DNA from: a virus
IMG/VR virus record: IMGVR_UViG_3300020577_003088
Span: 2,842-66,841 of that record
DNA length: 64,000 nucleotides
Direction: 5' to 3' (one strand)
Positions 35,902 to 44,305 of the stretch are shown here, in pieces; the first letter of the stretch is position 1; each line of letters starts with the position of its first letter. The notes below the pieces were generated by a model. It ran no database searches and was not told where the DNA came from. It was given only the letters and a program-made list of their open reading frames with translations. Position numbers and translations under genes: made by a program.

Positions 35902-38685
35902 ATGACTATTTCCTCCACGAGCATCACCGCCGGGCCGTATTCGACCAATGGCGCGACGACGACTTTCAGCTTCGCGTTCAAGGTGGAGACCTACGGAGAG
36001 GTCGCCGCCGAAGACCAGCTAGAAGTTGTTCTCATCACCACTTCAACCGGCGCGCAAACGGTGTTGGCGCGTGGCGTCGCGGCTGGCCAGTATGGCGTGA
36101 CGTTAAACCCGGATCAGGACGCCAGCCCCGGCGGCGAGATCACAACTGTCACGACCTACGCGGCAGGCTACACGATCTATATTCGTCTCGCGCCGGTCTT
36201 CAAGCAGGCGACCGATCTTGAGAACCAAGCGGCCTATTACGCCGAGGTCGTCGAAGATCAGTTCGACAACACGACGCGCCAAGTCCTAGAGCTTTATGAC
36301 CGCATGCGGCGCGCGCCGTACCTCGGCGTGCAAGCCGGGCCGTCCTTCACCGGCAAGATGACCGGCCCGATTTCGCCCGGCTATGTGCCGATGATTAACT
36401 CTGATGAGAGCGGCTGGGAGCTTGGCGTCCCCTCTTCCGGCGCCGCGATCTCGGAGGCGATGGCGCCGGTCGTCACGTCCTCGACTGTTCTGGCGGGATT
36501 GGCGGAGCTTGGCTTCTACGAGACGCGCACGGCGGCGGCAGCGGATACGATTCCTTCGACGCTGACCTTTATTCGCGTGGCGAGCTACGCTGCGATAGGA
36601 GACGGCGGCGGCGCGAAATATCGACGATCCGCTTCCGCGCCGTCACATGGCGCTTATTTCCAGAGCGCGGACGGCGCTTACTGGATTCTTGACGAGGCCA
36701 TCGTCAATATCCGCATGCTCGGCGCCAAGGGCGACCTCACGCAAAACGATACGCCAGCCATTCAGGCGGCCATCGACTATGCAGCGGGCGGCGTTGTCTT
36801 CGCCCCGGTTGGCCAATATCGCATGGACTCCGGCGTCTCCAGCACGCTGCCGATGCACGTTCGCGGCGTCGGCAACGGCGCCGGTCCCGGCGGCGCCGCG
36901 CAAGCCAACTCGAATGTTACGCAGTTCATCGCGTACTTCTCTTCAGGCGACGTGTTCGCCTGCACGTCGAACTACCCGTGTATCTTCGAGAACTTTCAGA
37001 TCAATACGGCGGTCGCCAATCGCCCGCGCTCATCGGGCGCTGGCATCCATGTTTCCGGTCCCTCCTCCCCGGCCTCAACAAATGCGAACACAAAGATTCG
37101 CACGGTCGGCATGACCAACCAGTATGATTGCGTTCGTTTCACCCGCACAAGCATGCCGGAGGTCAGCAGTTGCTATTTTGACGGTTGGGTTCGCGCGGGA
37201 GTTTACGCCGAAACTACCGCTGGCATCGAGGGTGGTCTCGGAAACATCAAGGCCAACTATTTCTTCGGCACGTCCGGCTCAACGTCTCAACAGGCGTGCG
37301 TGCTTACGTTGGTTGGGTACGGATATATCAACAACAATTTGCTGCTTGGCGCTTCGTATGGCGTGCAACTGGCCGTCACCGCGCATGCCGCCGGATCGCT
37401 GCATATCTTCGATAACTTCATCGAGAACCAGGGCACGACCGGCGTGCTGCTCGGATCGGTGGATGGCAACACGGCGGCAATGGTGAAAATCCATCGCAAC
37501 GCCTTCTCGAATGTCGATTTCCTAACCTCTTATACCGCGTCTATTGTCGCCAGTGATTACAGTTCCGGCACCGACTGGCTCGACGATCTGGACATTTCGC
37601 ATAACGTCCACCGCCACAACATGAGCGTGAACCATCGTTATGTGTGGGTGCTCTCTGGCCGGACGGTTCTGATCTCGAATGAGCAATTCGAGAACCTTGG
37701 CGCTGGCGCATCAACCATCGGCGTCGATCTTTCGACTTTTGCGAGCGCAGCCCTAAAGGCGCCCGCCATCGTTTCCGACTGTCAGTTCCGTGGCACGTTT
37801 GCGACGAAGTATGCATTGACGAGCGTCACCGAATTGCACGAGTCGCAGGGCCTCACCTATGCGCAAGTGTCAGCCCTTGCTCCAGCAAACGGCTCACGCG
37901 TCTATGTGACGGACGGCAATCTGAGTGCGGCGGCGTTTGCCGGTAGTTCGACGGGGTGTTTCGCCGAACGTATCAATGACGCGTGGATCGCAGCGGGGTT
38001 CGGCCAAGTCCTTCCGGTCGCGCGCGGCGGCACGGGTAGCTCTGTCGGCCAGCAGTTCAAGAAGCAAGTCTTTACGGCGGGCGGCACGTTCACCACGAGC
38101 GCCGGGATCAACACGTCCACCGTGTTCAAAGTGACCGTCACGGGCGCTGGCGGCGGCGGCGAAGGCGGCGCGACGGGCAACGTGACCGGATCAGGCGGCG
38201 GCGCAGGCGGCACTGCTATCAAGTGGTATACCGGCCTCTCCGCTTCGACAGGCTACACCGTGACGGTAGGAACCGCAGGCACGGCAGGCACGGCGGGTGG
38301 CGGCAATGGCGGCAATGGCGGCGCCAGCAGCTTTGCCGGGCCTGGCACGACAATCACCGGCAACGGCGGAACGGGCGGCGGCGGCAACGGCGACGTGCTC
38401 GGCCCGGCGGGCGGCTCGGGGTCCAATGGCGACATCAACATCAGCGGCGGGAACGGCGCCAGCGGGATGGATGGGGCGTCCACATGGCGCAAGGGCGGCG
38501 AAGGCGGCACCTCCATGTGGGGCGGCGGAGGTCGTGGCGGTGTTAGCTCCAACGGCGCCAGCGCTGACGGCACGGCTGGCGTCCCCTATGGCAGCGGCGG
38601 CGGCGGCGGCGGCGCGGGCGCGGCGAACCAGTCTGCGGGCGCTGCGGGTGCGGGCGGCGTCGTCATCGTCGAGTGGATCGAATAG
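35902..38685 (+). CDS. Tail fiber / tailspike with pectate-lyase-like beta-helix and Gly-rich C-terminus
   Basis: N-terminus ITAGPYSTNGATTTFSFAFKV resembles phage tail-fiber N-terminal adaptor domains. IVNIRMLGAKGDLTQNDTPAIQAAIDYAAGG is the classic pectate-lyase-superfamily (tailspike depolymerase) signature. The last ~170 aa are Gly-rich. Confidence 0.7.
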   Translation: MTISSTSITAGPYSTNGATTTFSFAFKVETYGEVAAEDQLEVVLITTSTGAQTVLARGVAAGQYGVTLNPDQDASPGGEITTVTTYAAGYTIYIRLAPVFKQATDLENQAAYYAEVVEDQFDNTTRQVLELYDRMRRAPYLGVQAGPSFTGKMTGPISPGYVPMINSDESGWELGVPSSGAAISEAMAPVVTSSTVLAGLAELGFYETRTAAAADTIPSTLTFIRVASYAAIGDGGGAKYRRSASAPSHGAYFQSADGAYWILDEAIVNIRMLGAKGDLTQNDTPAIQAAIDYAAGGVVFAPVGQYRMDSGVSSTLPMHVRGVGNGAGPGGAAQANSNVTQFIAYFSSGDVFACTSNYPCIFENFQINTAVANRPRSSGAGIHVSGPSSPASTNANTKIRTVGMTNQYDCVRFTRTSMPEVSSCYFDGWVRAGVYAETTAGIEGGLGNIKANYFFGTSGSTSQQACVLTLVGYGYINNNLLLGASYGVQLAVTAHAAGSLHIFDNFIENQGTTGVLLGSVDGNTAAMVKIHRNAFSNVDFLTSYTASIVASDYSSGTDWLDDLDISHNVHRHNMSVNHRYVWVLSGRTVLISNEQFENLGAGASTIGVDLSTFASAALKAPAIVSDCQFRGTFATKYALTSVTELHESQGLTYAQVSALAPANGSRVYVTDGNLSAAAFAGSSTGCFAERINDAWIAAGFGQVLPVARGGTGSSVGQQFKKQVFTAGGTFTTSAGINTSTVFKVTVTGAGGGGEGGATGNVTGSGGGAGGTAIKWYTGLSASTGYTVTVGTAGTAGTAGGGNGGNGGASSFAGPGTTITGNGGTGGGGNGDVLGPAGGSGSNGDINISGGNGASGMDGASTWRKGGEGGTSMWGGGGRGGVSSNGASADGTAGVPYGSGGGGGGAGAANQSAGAAGAGGVVIVEWIE

Positions 38686-38719
38686 CCCAACCCCGCCTGC
38701 TCTGGGCTGGGTGTAGGCT

Positions 38720-39064
38720 TTGGCCATGGTCAAGCACGCCGCCCCTAAAGGTTCAGCCGTGAAGCGCGAACACCATCCCGCCTATATCGTGTATCAGCAT
38801 GTGCGGGAATTGATCGGCGCTTTCGTCACCAAGGGCTGGCGGCATGCTTTCCCATGGGGGATGATCTTCGTGATCCTCCTCGCCTACCTCAAGGAAGTCA
38901 TGGTCGGGGGCGTCGATCTGAAGCCCTTCTATGATCTTGCATGGCTGGTCGTGTTGGCCTTCGCGTGGCGCGGCGGCATCGACAAAGGCGGGCTCGCCGC
39001 TCTTGCCGATACGGTCATTCAACGGCGCATGGGCGGCGCGTCGGCGTCGGGGGTCGTCGGGTGA
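38720..39064 (+). CDS. Holin-like membrane protein (two TM segments)
   Basis: TM segments GMIFVILLAYL and LAWLVVLAFAW. First gene of the lysis cassette after the tail fiber. The start could be 38726. Confidence 0.4.
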   Translation: MAMVKHAAPKGSAVKREHHPAYIVYQHVRELIGAFVTKGWRHAFPWGMIFVILLAYLKEVMVGGVDLKPFYDLAWLVVLAFAWRGGIDKGGLAALADTVIQRRMGGASASGVVG

Positions 39065-39156
39065 TCGTCATTACGCCCAGCGCATGGGTGATGATCGTCT
39101 GTATGGCCGCCATCCTCGCGGCGTGGTGGTTCCTGACCGAGCTTGAACACAGGTGA
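39061..39156 (+). CDS. Small single-TM peptide (31 aa)
   Basis: GTG overlapping the holin stop (GTGA). VIVITPSAWVMIVCMAAILAAWWFLTELEHR. Confidence 0.25.
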   Translation: MIVITPSAWVMIVCMAAILAAWWFLTELEHR

Positions 39157-39162
39157 AGCGCC

Positions 39163-39522
39163 GTGCGGTTAGAGATCATCGCCATCGTCGCGGTCGTCGC
39201 CTGCGGGGGCTTCCTCGAATACAGGCGAGTGTGCGCCTCGCTCAAAGACGCACGCGCCGAACTCGTCACGACGAAAGGTCTGCTTGACCAGGCGATCAAG
39301 GACAAGCACGCCACGGAAATAGGTCTGGCGCGCGCTGAGAGCCGCAAGGAGAGCGTTCGTGAAGTCGTCCGCACCGTCACCCTTCCGCCTGTATCTGTCG
39401 ATTGCAGGAACGATCCTGCCGTCCTTGCTGCTTACGACCTCATTGGTCGCATGCGCGACGCCGCGCGCCACGGCGCCGATCCCGCCCCGGATACCGCAAA
39501 GCCTGCTCGACCCCTGCCCTGA
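39163..39522 (+). CDS. i-spanin (Rz-like)
   Basis: N-terminal TM anchor IIAIVAVVACGGFL followed by a periplasmic helical region. Contains an embedded out-of-frame lipoprotein gene. Confidence 0.55.
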   Translation: MRLEIIAIVAVVACGGFLEYRRVCASLKDARAELVTTKGLLDQAIKDKHATEIGLARAESRKESVREVVRTVTLPPVSVDCRNDPAVLAAYDLIGRMRDAARHGADPAPDTAKPARPLP

Positions 39523-39682
39523 CCCGATCCTGACCGGCGACGTGGCGACCGATCTGGTTCACACGGAAGAGCAGCGGCTTTGCGAGCGCGCGGACAAGGA
39601 AGGCATCAGGGTATGGCAGGACGAGCTACGTCCGACCCAGACCGAGGAGCCGCACGGTCTACGCGGCTTCCTCGGCCTGTAG
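39359..39682 (+). CDS. o-spanin (Rz1-like lipoprotein), overlapped architecture
   Basis: Lipobox LLLTTSLVAC, Pro-rich mature part with Cys residues. Starts inside the i-spanin in another frame and extends beyond it. The exact start is uncertain. Confidence 0.55.
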   Translation: MKSSAPSPFRLYLSIAGTILPSLLLTTSLVACATPRATAPIPPRIPQSLLDPCPDPILTGDVATDLVHTEEQRLCERADKEGIRVWQDELRPTQTEEPHGLRGFLGL

Positions 39683-39972
39683 CCGCCGCCCGGCCACCTT
39701 GGGGGCGCATCGGGGGGAAACCCTACGCCCTTGCGGCGGGGCCGGACGGTAGCGTCTCGGCGATCCCATGGATCAAGCCAAGAAGGACGACGGCGAGGCC
39801 CGGCCTTGTGTGTGGACGCTCGGGAGAGTGAGGCCGGTTCGCCGTGAGGGACAGCAGCGACCTCGCCGTCTAACTGGTGGTTGTGTCAAGGGCCGATGCG
39901 AGGTCTGGCAAGACCGGCAGTTGAGCCAACCGCCACCGCGCACCGATTAGTGGCTCGCGCCCCTGTTGCTGG

Positions 39973-40269
39973 CTAGATGGGCGATTGCTCGCCGGTTGTC
40001 AACCGCCACGTCATCGGCGGGGTCGTCTTTCCGCTCTTTGGCGCCCTGCCCACGCGCGCCACCACGCCATCCTTGACCAACTGATAGAGCAGCGACGAGA
40101 CATGCCACGGGAAACGGCCAGTCCGTTCGGCCAGTTGCAAGGTGTTCAACGGCCCTTCGTGCAGCGCCTCCAGCAATTCAGGCGCCCCCCGGCGGTCGGC
40201 GCCGCGTCGGTACTGAAACTTCGCCCGGCGGACATAGGGCGCTTTCTGGCGAATGGCTGGCTGGCTCAT
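39973..40269 (-). CDS. Winged-helix DNA-binding protein (99 aa)
   Basis: Internal ATG (MSQPAIRQK...) of the track ORF. wHTH-like LQLAERTGRFPWHVSSLLYQLVKDGVVARV. ATGA overlap with the upstream gene. Confidence 0.45.
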   Translation of the reverse strand: MSQPAIRQKAPYVRRAKFQYRRGADRRGAPELLEALHEGPLNTLQLAERTGRFPWHVSSLLYQLVKDGVVARVGRAPKSGKTTPPMTWRLTTGEQSPI

Positions 40270-40973
40270 GCGACCTCTTGTGCTTTCAGGGCTTCCTTGA
40301 TCTGTGTGACCGCGTAGCGCGTCAAGCCTGTTCGGGCGGCGGTCATACGGATGCTGACCCCGGAACGGAGCATGCGGCCAGCCAGCGCCTCCGGCCCGTC
40401 GCCGGTTCGGGCGGGCTGCTCGAAGATGGCCGTGGGCGGCTGGAGTTCGCGGGCGCCGGGGTCGGCTCCGGCTGACAGCCCGGCCACGCCAGCCATCGCC
40501 GCCGCCAGGGTGGCCGAGCCGCGCCCGCCATAGCCCTGAAAATCGACCACGCCTTCGGGCAGGGTCGCCGGGACCGGCGGCTTGGCGGCCACATGCTCTT
40601 CGGTATCGACCACGGCCCACATCAGGAACGGGTCGATAAGGGTGGACATGGTGAAGAAGGCCAGCAGGAAGTAGCTTTCAAGTCCGGCCAGATCGGTGCG
40701 GGAGACGCTGACGGCGTGGTGGGCGGAGTAGCCCGACCATGCGCCGAAGAGGAGGAGGGCGCCGCCCCAGACGAATGTCGAGAAGCGGCGACCGCGCGCC
40801 ATTCGCAACTGGTGGCTGGCGTTCAACATCATGCCGCAAGCGAAGAGCGAGACGAAAGCGCTCGGCGCGGACGTGGCGCTCCAGCCCCATGCGCCGAAGG
40901 CGCCGAGGAACAGCGCCCAGCCGACGATGACGCGGCGGACCCAATGGTTCGGGCGGGCGGGAAGGGTGGCCAT
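40266..40973 (-). CDS. Membrane protein (4 TM) with C-terminal HTH
   Basis: Four N-terminal hydrophobic segments. C-terminal GVSIRMTAARTGLTRYAVTQIKEA is an HTH. Confidence 0.5.
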   Translation of the reverse strand: MATLPARPNHWVRRVIVGWALFLGAFGAWGWSATSAPSAFVSLFACGMMLNASHQLRMARGRRFSTFVWGGALLLFGAWSGYSAHHAVSVSRTDLAGLESYFLLAFFTMSTLIDPFLMWAVVDTEEHVAAKPPVPATLPEGVVDFQGYGGRGSATLAAAMAGVAGLSAGADPGARELQPPTAIFEQPARTGDGPEALAGRMLRSGVSIRMTAARTGLTRYAVTQIKEALKAQEVA

Positions 40974-41130
40974 GAAAGACGGATGCCCGGCTCGCGTTAA
41001 GAAGTCGTTATCATTTGCGTCGCATAGTGAGTGTGCGCCGGAGCGGGTCGGCCTCTCAACCCCCTCTCGTTCTTGCCTTGGGGCTTCACCGTTTCCGGCG
41101 CGACCTCACCCTTCAATAGCGAACCTTGAC

Positions 41131-41162
41131 CGCCCGGCCTCCCGCCGGGCGGTTCTTTTTTC
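41131..41162 (+). terminator. Intrinsic terminator (plus-strand orientation)
   Basis: CGCCCGGC / GCCGGGCG stem with loop CTCCC, followed by TTCTTTTTT. Lies downstream of the plus-strand late block and immediately after the stop of the minus gene 41191-41568. Confidence 0.55.
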
Positions 41163-41190
41163 GCCACCTTGTCTTGCGTAGCGGAGTGGA

Positions 41191-41568
41191 TCAGGCGTCG
41201 ATCCAGTCCGGCTTTGTCATCGCGGCGCCGTTCTCGCCCCAATAGCCGCCATAGGCTTGAACCGACCAGTCATGGCAGTTGATGACGAGCACGCCGCCGT
41301 CGCCGTGCGAATAGGCTTCCAGCGTCGCCGCCTCGAAGTCATCCGGCAGCGGATAGGCGCCGAGCGAAAGATTGCCGGGGATGCGCTCGTGCATGACGCC
41401 AAAGAGGCGGGCGGTCGCATACGAAACATCGTCCGTCCTGTCGCCCATGCGCTCGCGCAACGCGGCGATGATCTGGTGGGCCTTGTCGCCAGACCAGTGG
41501 CCATAGACGGCGCAAGGTCCGTATTCTCCTTGCTTGTTCTTCACGATGAACAGAACACGTTCTCCCAT
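41191..41568 (-). CDS. Hypothetical protein (125 aa)
   Basis: ORF with a GGAGA RBS. No motif recognised. Confidence 0.45.
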   Translation of the reverse strand: MGERVLFIVKNKQGEYGPCAVYGHWSGDKAHQIIAALRERMGDRTDDVSYATARLFGVMHERIPGNLSLGAYPLPDDFEAATLEAYSHGDGGVLVINCHDWSVQAYGGYWGENGAAMTKPDWIDA

Positions 41569-41589
41569 GTCGGGTCTCCTTTGGTTGAG

Positions 41590-41814
41590 TTAAGCCGCGA
41601 CGCGAAAGCCGTCGCGCTCCAAGCCGTCGATGATGTCGGCGACGTAGCGGGTCTCGCACGGAATGCCGCCAGCCCACATGAGGCCGGGGTCATATCGAAG
41701 GTGGCGATCCGCCCAATCCTGGGCGTCGTCCGTGCAGAAGAAGAGCACGCAGAGCGAGGGATCGCGCTGGACGACGACCTCCGGTGCGGGCGGGAAAGGG
41801 CGGGGGCGGGTCAT
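41590..41814 (-). CDS. Hypothetical protein (74 aa)
   Basis: Internal ATG (MTRPRPFPP...) with a GGAGA RBS. The longer track ORF upstream is Arg-rich and overlaps the neighbouring gene. Confidence 0.35.
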   Translation of the reverse strand: MTRPRPFPPAPEVVVQRDPSLCVLFFCTDDAQDWADRHLRYDPGLMWAGGIPCETRYVADIIDGLERDGFRVAA

Positions 41815-42320
41815 GATTGGTCTCCATTCTCGGCGAGATCGAGCGCCGCCAGCGTCTCGGCGAGAAAACTGACATAACCGGGCGCGGCGGGGTCGGTGGC
41901 GTAGCCGTTGTCGCTGGCGAATTGGCGCCATTGCGCGAGCGCGGCATACAGGGCGGGCGAAGCGTCACGCATCCAGCGTGCTTGCCGCGCCTCGATGGCC
42001 TCACGATGTCGTTCGATGGCTTCGAGGATTACGCTCAACACATAGTCGATCTGCGCGTTTCGCAGATGCGGGCGCATCACGGCCAAGATCGCGTCGATGC
42101 GCGCCGCCGAATAGTTATTGTCTTTGATCTCTGTCGCCTTTCCGTACCAGTTAGTTTTGCCGCTCGGGCGCCAGATCGTCAGAGCGAGCGCGGCGCCATG
42201 ATCGTTATTGTCGAGCGGTTCGGCACGGACGCGACAGACCTTGCCGTCGCTGAAGCGAATATTGGTGTAGTAGCCATAGCGGTTAAAATAGACTGGCTTG
42301 GTGATTTCGGCTGTAAGCAT
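41811..42320 (-). CDS. Hypothetical protein (169 aa)
   Basis: ATG at 42320 with a GGAGG RBS 6 nt upstream. A promoter-like element lies upstream. Confidence 0.45.
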   Translation of the reverse strand: MLTAEITKPVYFNRYGYYTNIRFSDGKVCRVRAEPLDNNDHGAALALTIWRPSGKTNWYGKATEIKDNNYSAARIDAILAVMRPHLRNAQIDYVLSVILEAIERHREAIEARQARWMRDASPALYAALAQWRQFASDNGYATDPAAPGYVSFLAETLAALDLAENGDQS

Positions 42321-42340
42321 GTATGCCTCCTGCGTCATAG

Positions 42341-42372
42341 TGTATAGCACACTGCTCAACATTCCACAACAA
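42341..42372 (-). promoter_or_regulatory. Promoter-like TTGTGG-N17-TATACA (minus strand) containing the GCTATACA motif
   Basis: Minus-strand reading TTGTGGaatgttgagcagtgtgcTATACA lies 20-30 nt upstream of an RBS and ATG. Confidence 0.35.
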
Positions 42373-42400
42373 CAAAAAGCCCGGCGGTGAGGCCGGGCTT
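42364..42400 (-). terminator. Intrinsic terminator (minus strand) after the DUF932 gene
   Basis: AAGCCCGGC-ggtgag-GCCGGGCTT stem. On the minus strand it is followed by TTTTTGTTGTT. Confidence 0.55.
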
Positions 42401-42422
42401 CTCGTCAGTCGGTGGAGATCGC

Positions 42423-43289
42423 TTACGCCGCCTTCAGCTTCGCCATTTCGTCGGCGAGAACCCAGAGCGCCTGATTGATGCGACGGTCTTGGTCGATGGA
42501 CTGGACCGGGCGGGTCGAGCGGTAGGACACGCGGTTATTGATGTCGCGCGTTTCGTAGGGAATGCCGCCGCGCACGATGTTCTCCTGCACGCGATTGAAC
42601 GTCGTCCAGAGATCGGCGGAGCGGTCGCCAATACGGCGCGTGCGGAGCAGGCGATCCGGGTCCGGGGCGCCTTGGTTTTCGTCGAAGCGCAGCGCAGACG
42701 CAGCGCGGGCAAAGGCCGTTTCTTCCGGCGCGGAGAGCATGATCGACTGCATCGTCATCGCGCGGTCGATGGCCATGGGCGCGTCATTGAGCACGCGATA
42801 GGCGCCTTCGATGACTTGGCCCATGACATCGCCCTTGTGCGGGACGCGGACGCCCTCGACGGTTTGCTCCGGCACCGTGAGACCGTTGAGGCACACGAGG
42901 CGGAAGATGCCCGCCGCCATCGCGTAGGCGGACGTGCCGTCATGCGAGTTAAGCAGCGTGACTTCGGGGATCAGATCGCCGACCTGGCGGGCGGCGACTT
43001 CGTGCGTGATCGGACGCAGGCGGATCAAGTGCTTGGTGAAGCCGCGCTTGTCGGCAGACTTCGAGCCGCCCTGACGGACCTCCATGGGCACAAGACCGGC
43101 GTTGCGCAGGCCGCCGAGAAGATCGCGGGTCGGGATATAGGTGTAGCGCTCGGAGCGGCTTTCGTGGCGGCTCTCGGCGAAGACGCTCGGCGCACGCGCC
43201 GCGATCTCGTCGTCGGAGAGACCTTGCGAAGTCACGGCGCGCAGGATGACGCCGCCGCGACCGAACCGGGTTTCGCGAGATTGGAACAT
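42423..43289 (-). CDS. DUF932-family protein (phage/ICE-associated)
   Basis: 288 aa. YTYIPTRDLL and LLNSHDGTSAY resemble the DUF932 family as remembered. GAAGGAGG RBS. Confidence 0.6.
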   Translation of the reverse strand: MFQSRETRFGRGGVILRAVTSQGLSDDEIAARAPSVFAESRHESRSERYTYIPTRDLLGGLRNAGLVPMEVRQGGSKSADKRGFTKHLIRLRPITHEVAARQVGDLIPEVTLLNSHDGTSAYAMAAGIFRLVCLNGLTVPEQTVEGVRVPHKGDVMGQVIEGAYRVLNDAPMAIDRAMTMQSIMLSAPEETAFARAASALRFDENQGAPDPDRLLRTRRIGDRSADLWTTFNRVQENIVRGGIPYETRDINNRVSYRSTRPVQSIDQDRRINQALWVLADEMAKLKAA

Positions 43290-43317
43290 TCAAGCCTCCT
43301 TCGTTGCTGGCGTAGGT

Positions 43318-43348
43318 TGTATAGCATGACGCTAAACACATTGCAACA
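43318..43348 (-). promoter_or_regulatory. Promoter-like TTGCAA-N17-TATACA (minus strand) containing the GCTATACA motif
   Basis: Minus-strand reading TTGCAAtgtgtttagcgtcatgcTATACA lies upstream of the DUF932 RBS. A palindrome TAGC-atgac-GCTA is also present. Confidence 0.35.
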
Positions 43349-43349
43349 G

Positions 43350-43384
43350 GCAAAGAAAAAGCCCCGCCGGGTGAGGGCGGGGCT
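43350..43384 (-). terminator. Intrinsic terminator (minus strand) after the membrane-protein gene
   Basis: AGCCCCGCC-gggtgag-GGCGGGGCT stem with an A-run on the plus strand (T-run on minus). Same architecture as the 42364-42400 module. Confidence 0.5.
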
Positions 43385-43398
43385 GGAGTGGAGGGGTC

Positions 43399-44184
43399 TC
43401 ACGAAGCGGCTTTTGTTCGACGGTCTTGACCGAAGAGCTTGCCGATCTTGCCGGTGCTTTCGCCGTTTGCGATGGCCTTGTTACGGGCTCGCGTCTCGGC
43501 GCCTTTCTGCGCGGCGAGCTTTCGCTTCTCGCGCAACGCATCAGCTTCCGCCGCCAACCGCATCGCTTCACGCTCTGCGGGGGTGATCGGCGTCGCCATC
43601 CTGAAGCGCGGGGTCTGCATCACAAGGATGTTGATGACGACCGCCGCGACCGCCGCCCAGAAATCGAAGCGCGCTTTCGTCGGCGGCTCGATGTCGGCTT
43701 GCGCATAGATGCGCTCCTGTTCGCCGTAGTCGTAGCTGTCCGCTTTCTTGAGCGCGAGTTGATAGGCTGGGGAGCCTTCGGGGTTCTCGGCGGAAGGGGC
43801 GTAGACCTCCCATCGCTTCAGTTGTTCCCCGTACTCGATGGCGCATGCCAGGTTCCAGATCGGGCCGTGAGGCACGAAGAGGAGGGCGAGAGCCACGACC
43901 TTCATGGCGAACACTTGCTTGCGAACTTGCGGGCGTTCGTCGTCTTGCTTGGTCGCCGCCGCCCACATGCCTACGAAGGAGAGGACGGCGCACGCCAGCG
44001 AGATCGCTACGTCTTGAACGGCGGCGAGGGGAAGGCCAAGGAGCTTGTCAGCTTGCGTCGCCGTGGCGAACACATACCAACCGCCTCGGCTTTCGATGGC
44101 CGCGATCATCAGGATCGTAAGAAGGGCGACGCCAACACGTTGAACGGTGACGCCGACCGGCGTTTGAGATTTCGTTTCTGTCAT
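43399..44184 (-). CDS. Membrane protein (4 TM) with charged C-terminal tail
   Basis: Hydrophobic segments throughout the N-terminal 190 aa. C-terminal Lys/Arg/Ala-rich helical tail. Confidence 0.5.
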   Translation of the reverse strand: MTETKSQTPVGVTVQRVGVALLTILMIAAIESRGGWYVFATATQADKLLGLPLAAVQDVAISLACAVLSFVGMWAAATKQDDERPQVRKQVFAMKVVALALLFVPHGPIWNLACAIEYGEQLKRWEVYAPSAENPEGSPAYQLALKKADSYDYGEQERIYAQADIEPPTKARFDFWAAVAAVVINILVMQTPRFRMATPITPAEREAMRLAAEADALREKRKLAAQKGAETRARNKAIANGESTGKIGKLFGQDRRTKAAS

Positions 44185-44305
44185 TCGGGTTCCTTCCGAA
44201 TGCGGCCCGGCGACTGCGAGGCGGACCTAGAATGTCAAAGAGCGTCCCGGCGCAGCCACCGGGACGGTCTTGTTAGCACAGCGCTCAACAAAACGCAAGC
44301 GGTTT

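Noticed and set aside
35902-38685. Diversity-generating retroelement near the tail fiber
   Set aside because: Considered because the head genes looked vaguely BPP-1-like. No reverse transcriptase (YxDD) ORF and no ~100-150-bp TR/VR repeat pair was seen near the fiber 3' end.
38191-38733. Pro/Ala-rich minus-strand ORFs (38191-38733, 38253-38573) and plus-frame alternatives over the Gly-rich tailspike end
   Set aside because: Products of GGC-repeat DNA read in other frames or on the other strand. The tailspike frame is continuous and ends at 38685.
39683-39972. tRNA or att site in the 290-bp gap after the spanins
   Set aside because: No tRNA-like T-loop (GTTCRANYC) or cloverleaf. Only short imperfect inverted repeats (GGTGGTTG...CAACCGCCACC). 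No integrase anywhere in the window to support an att assignment.
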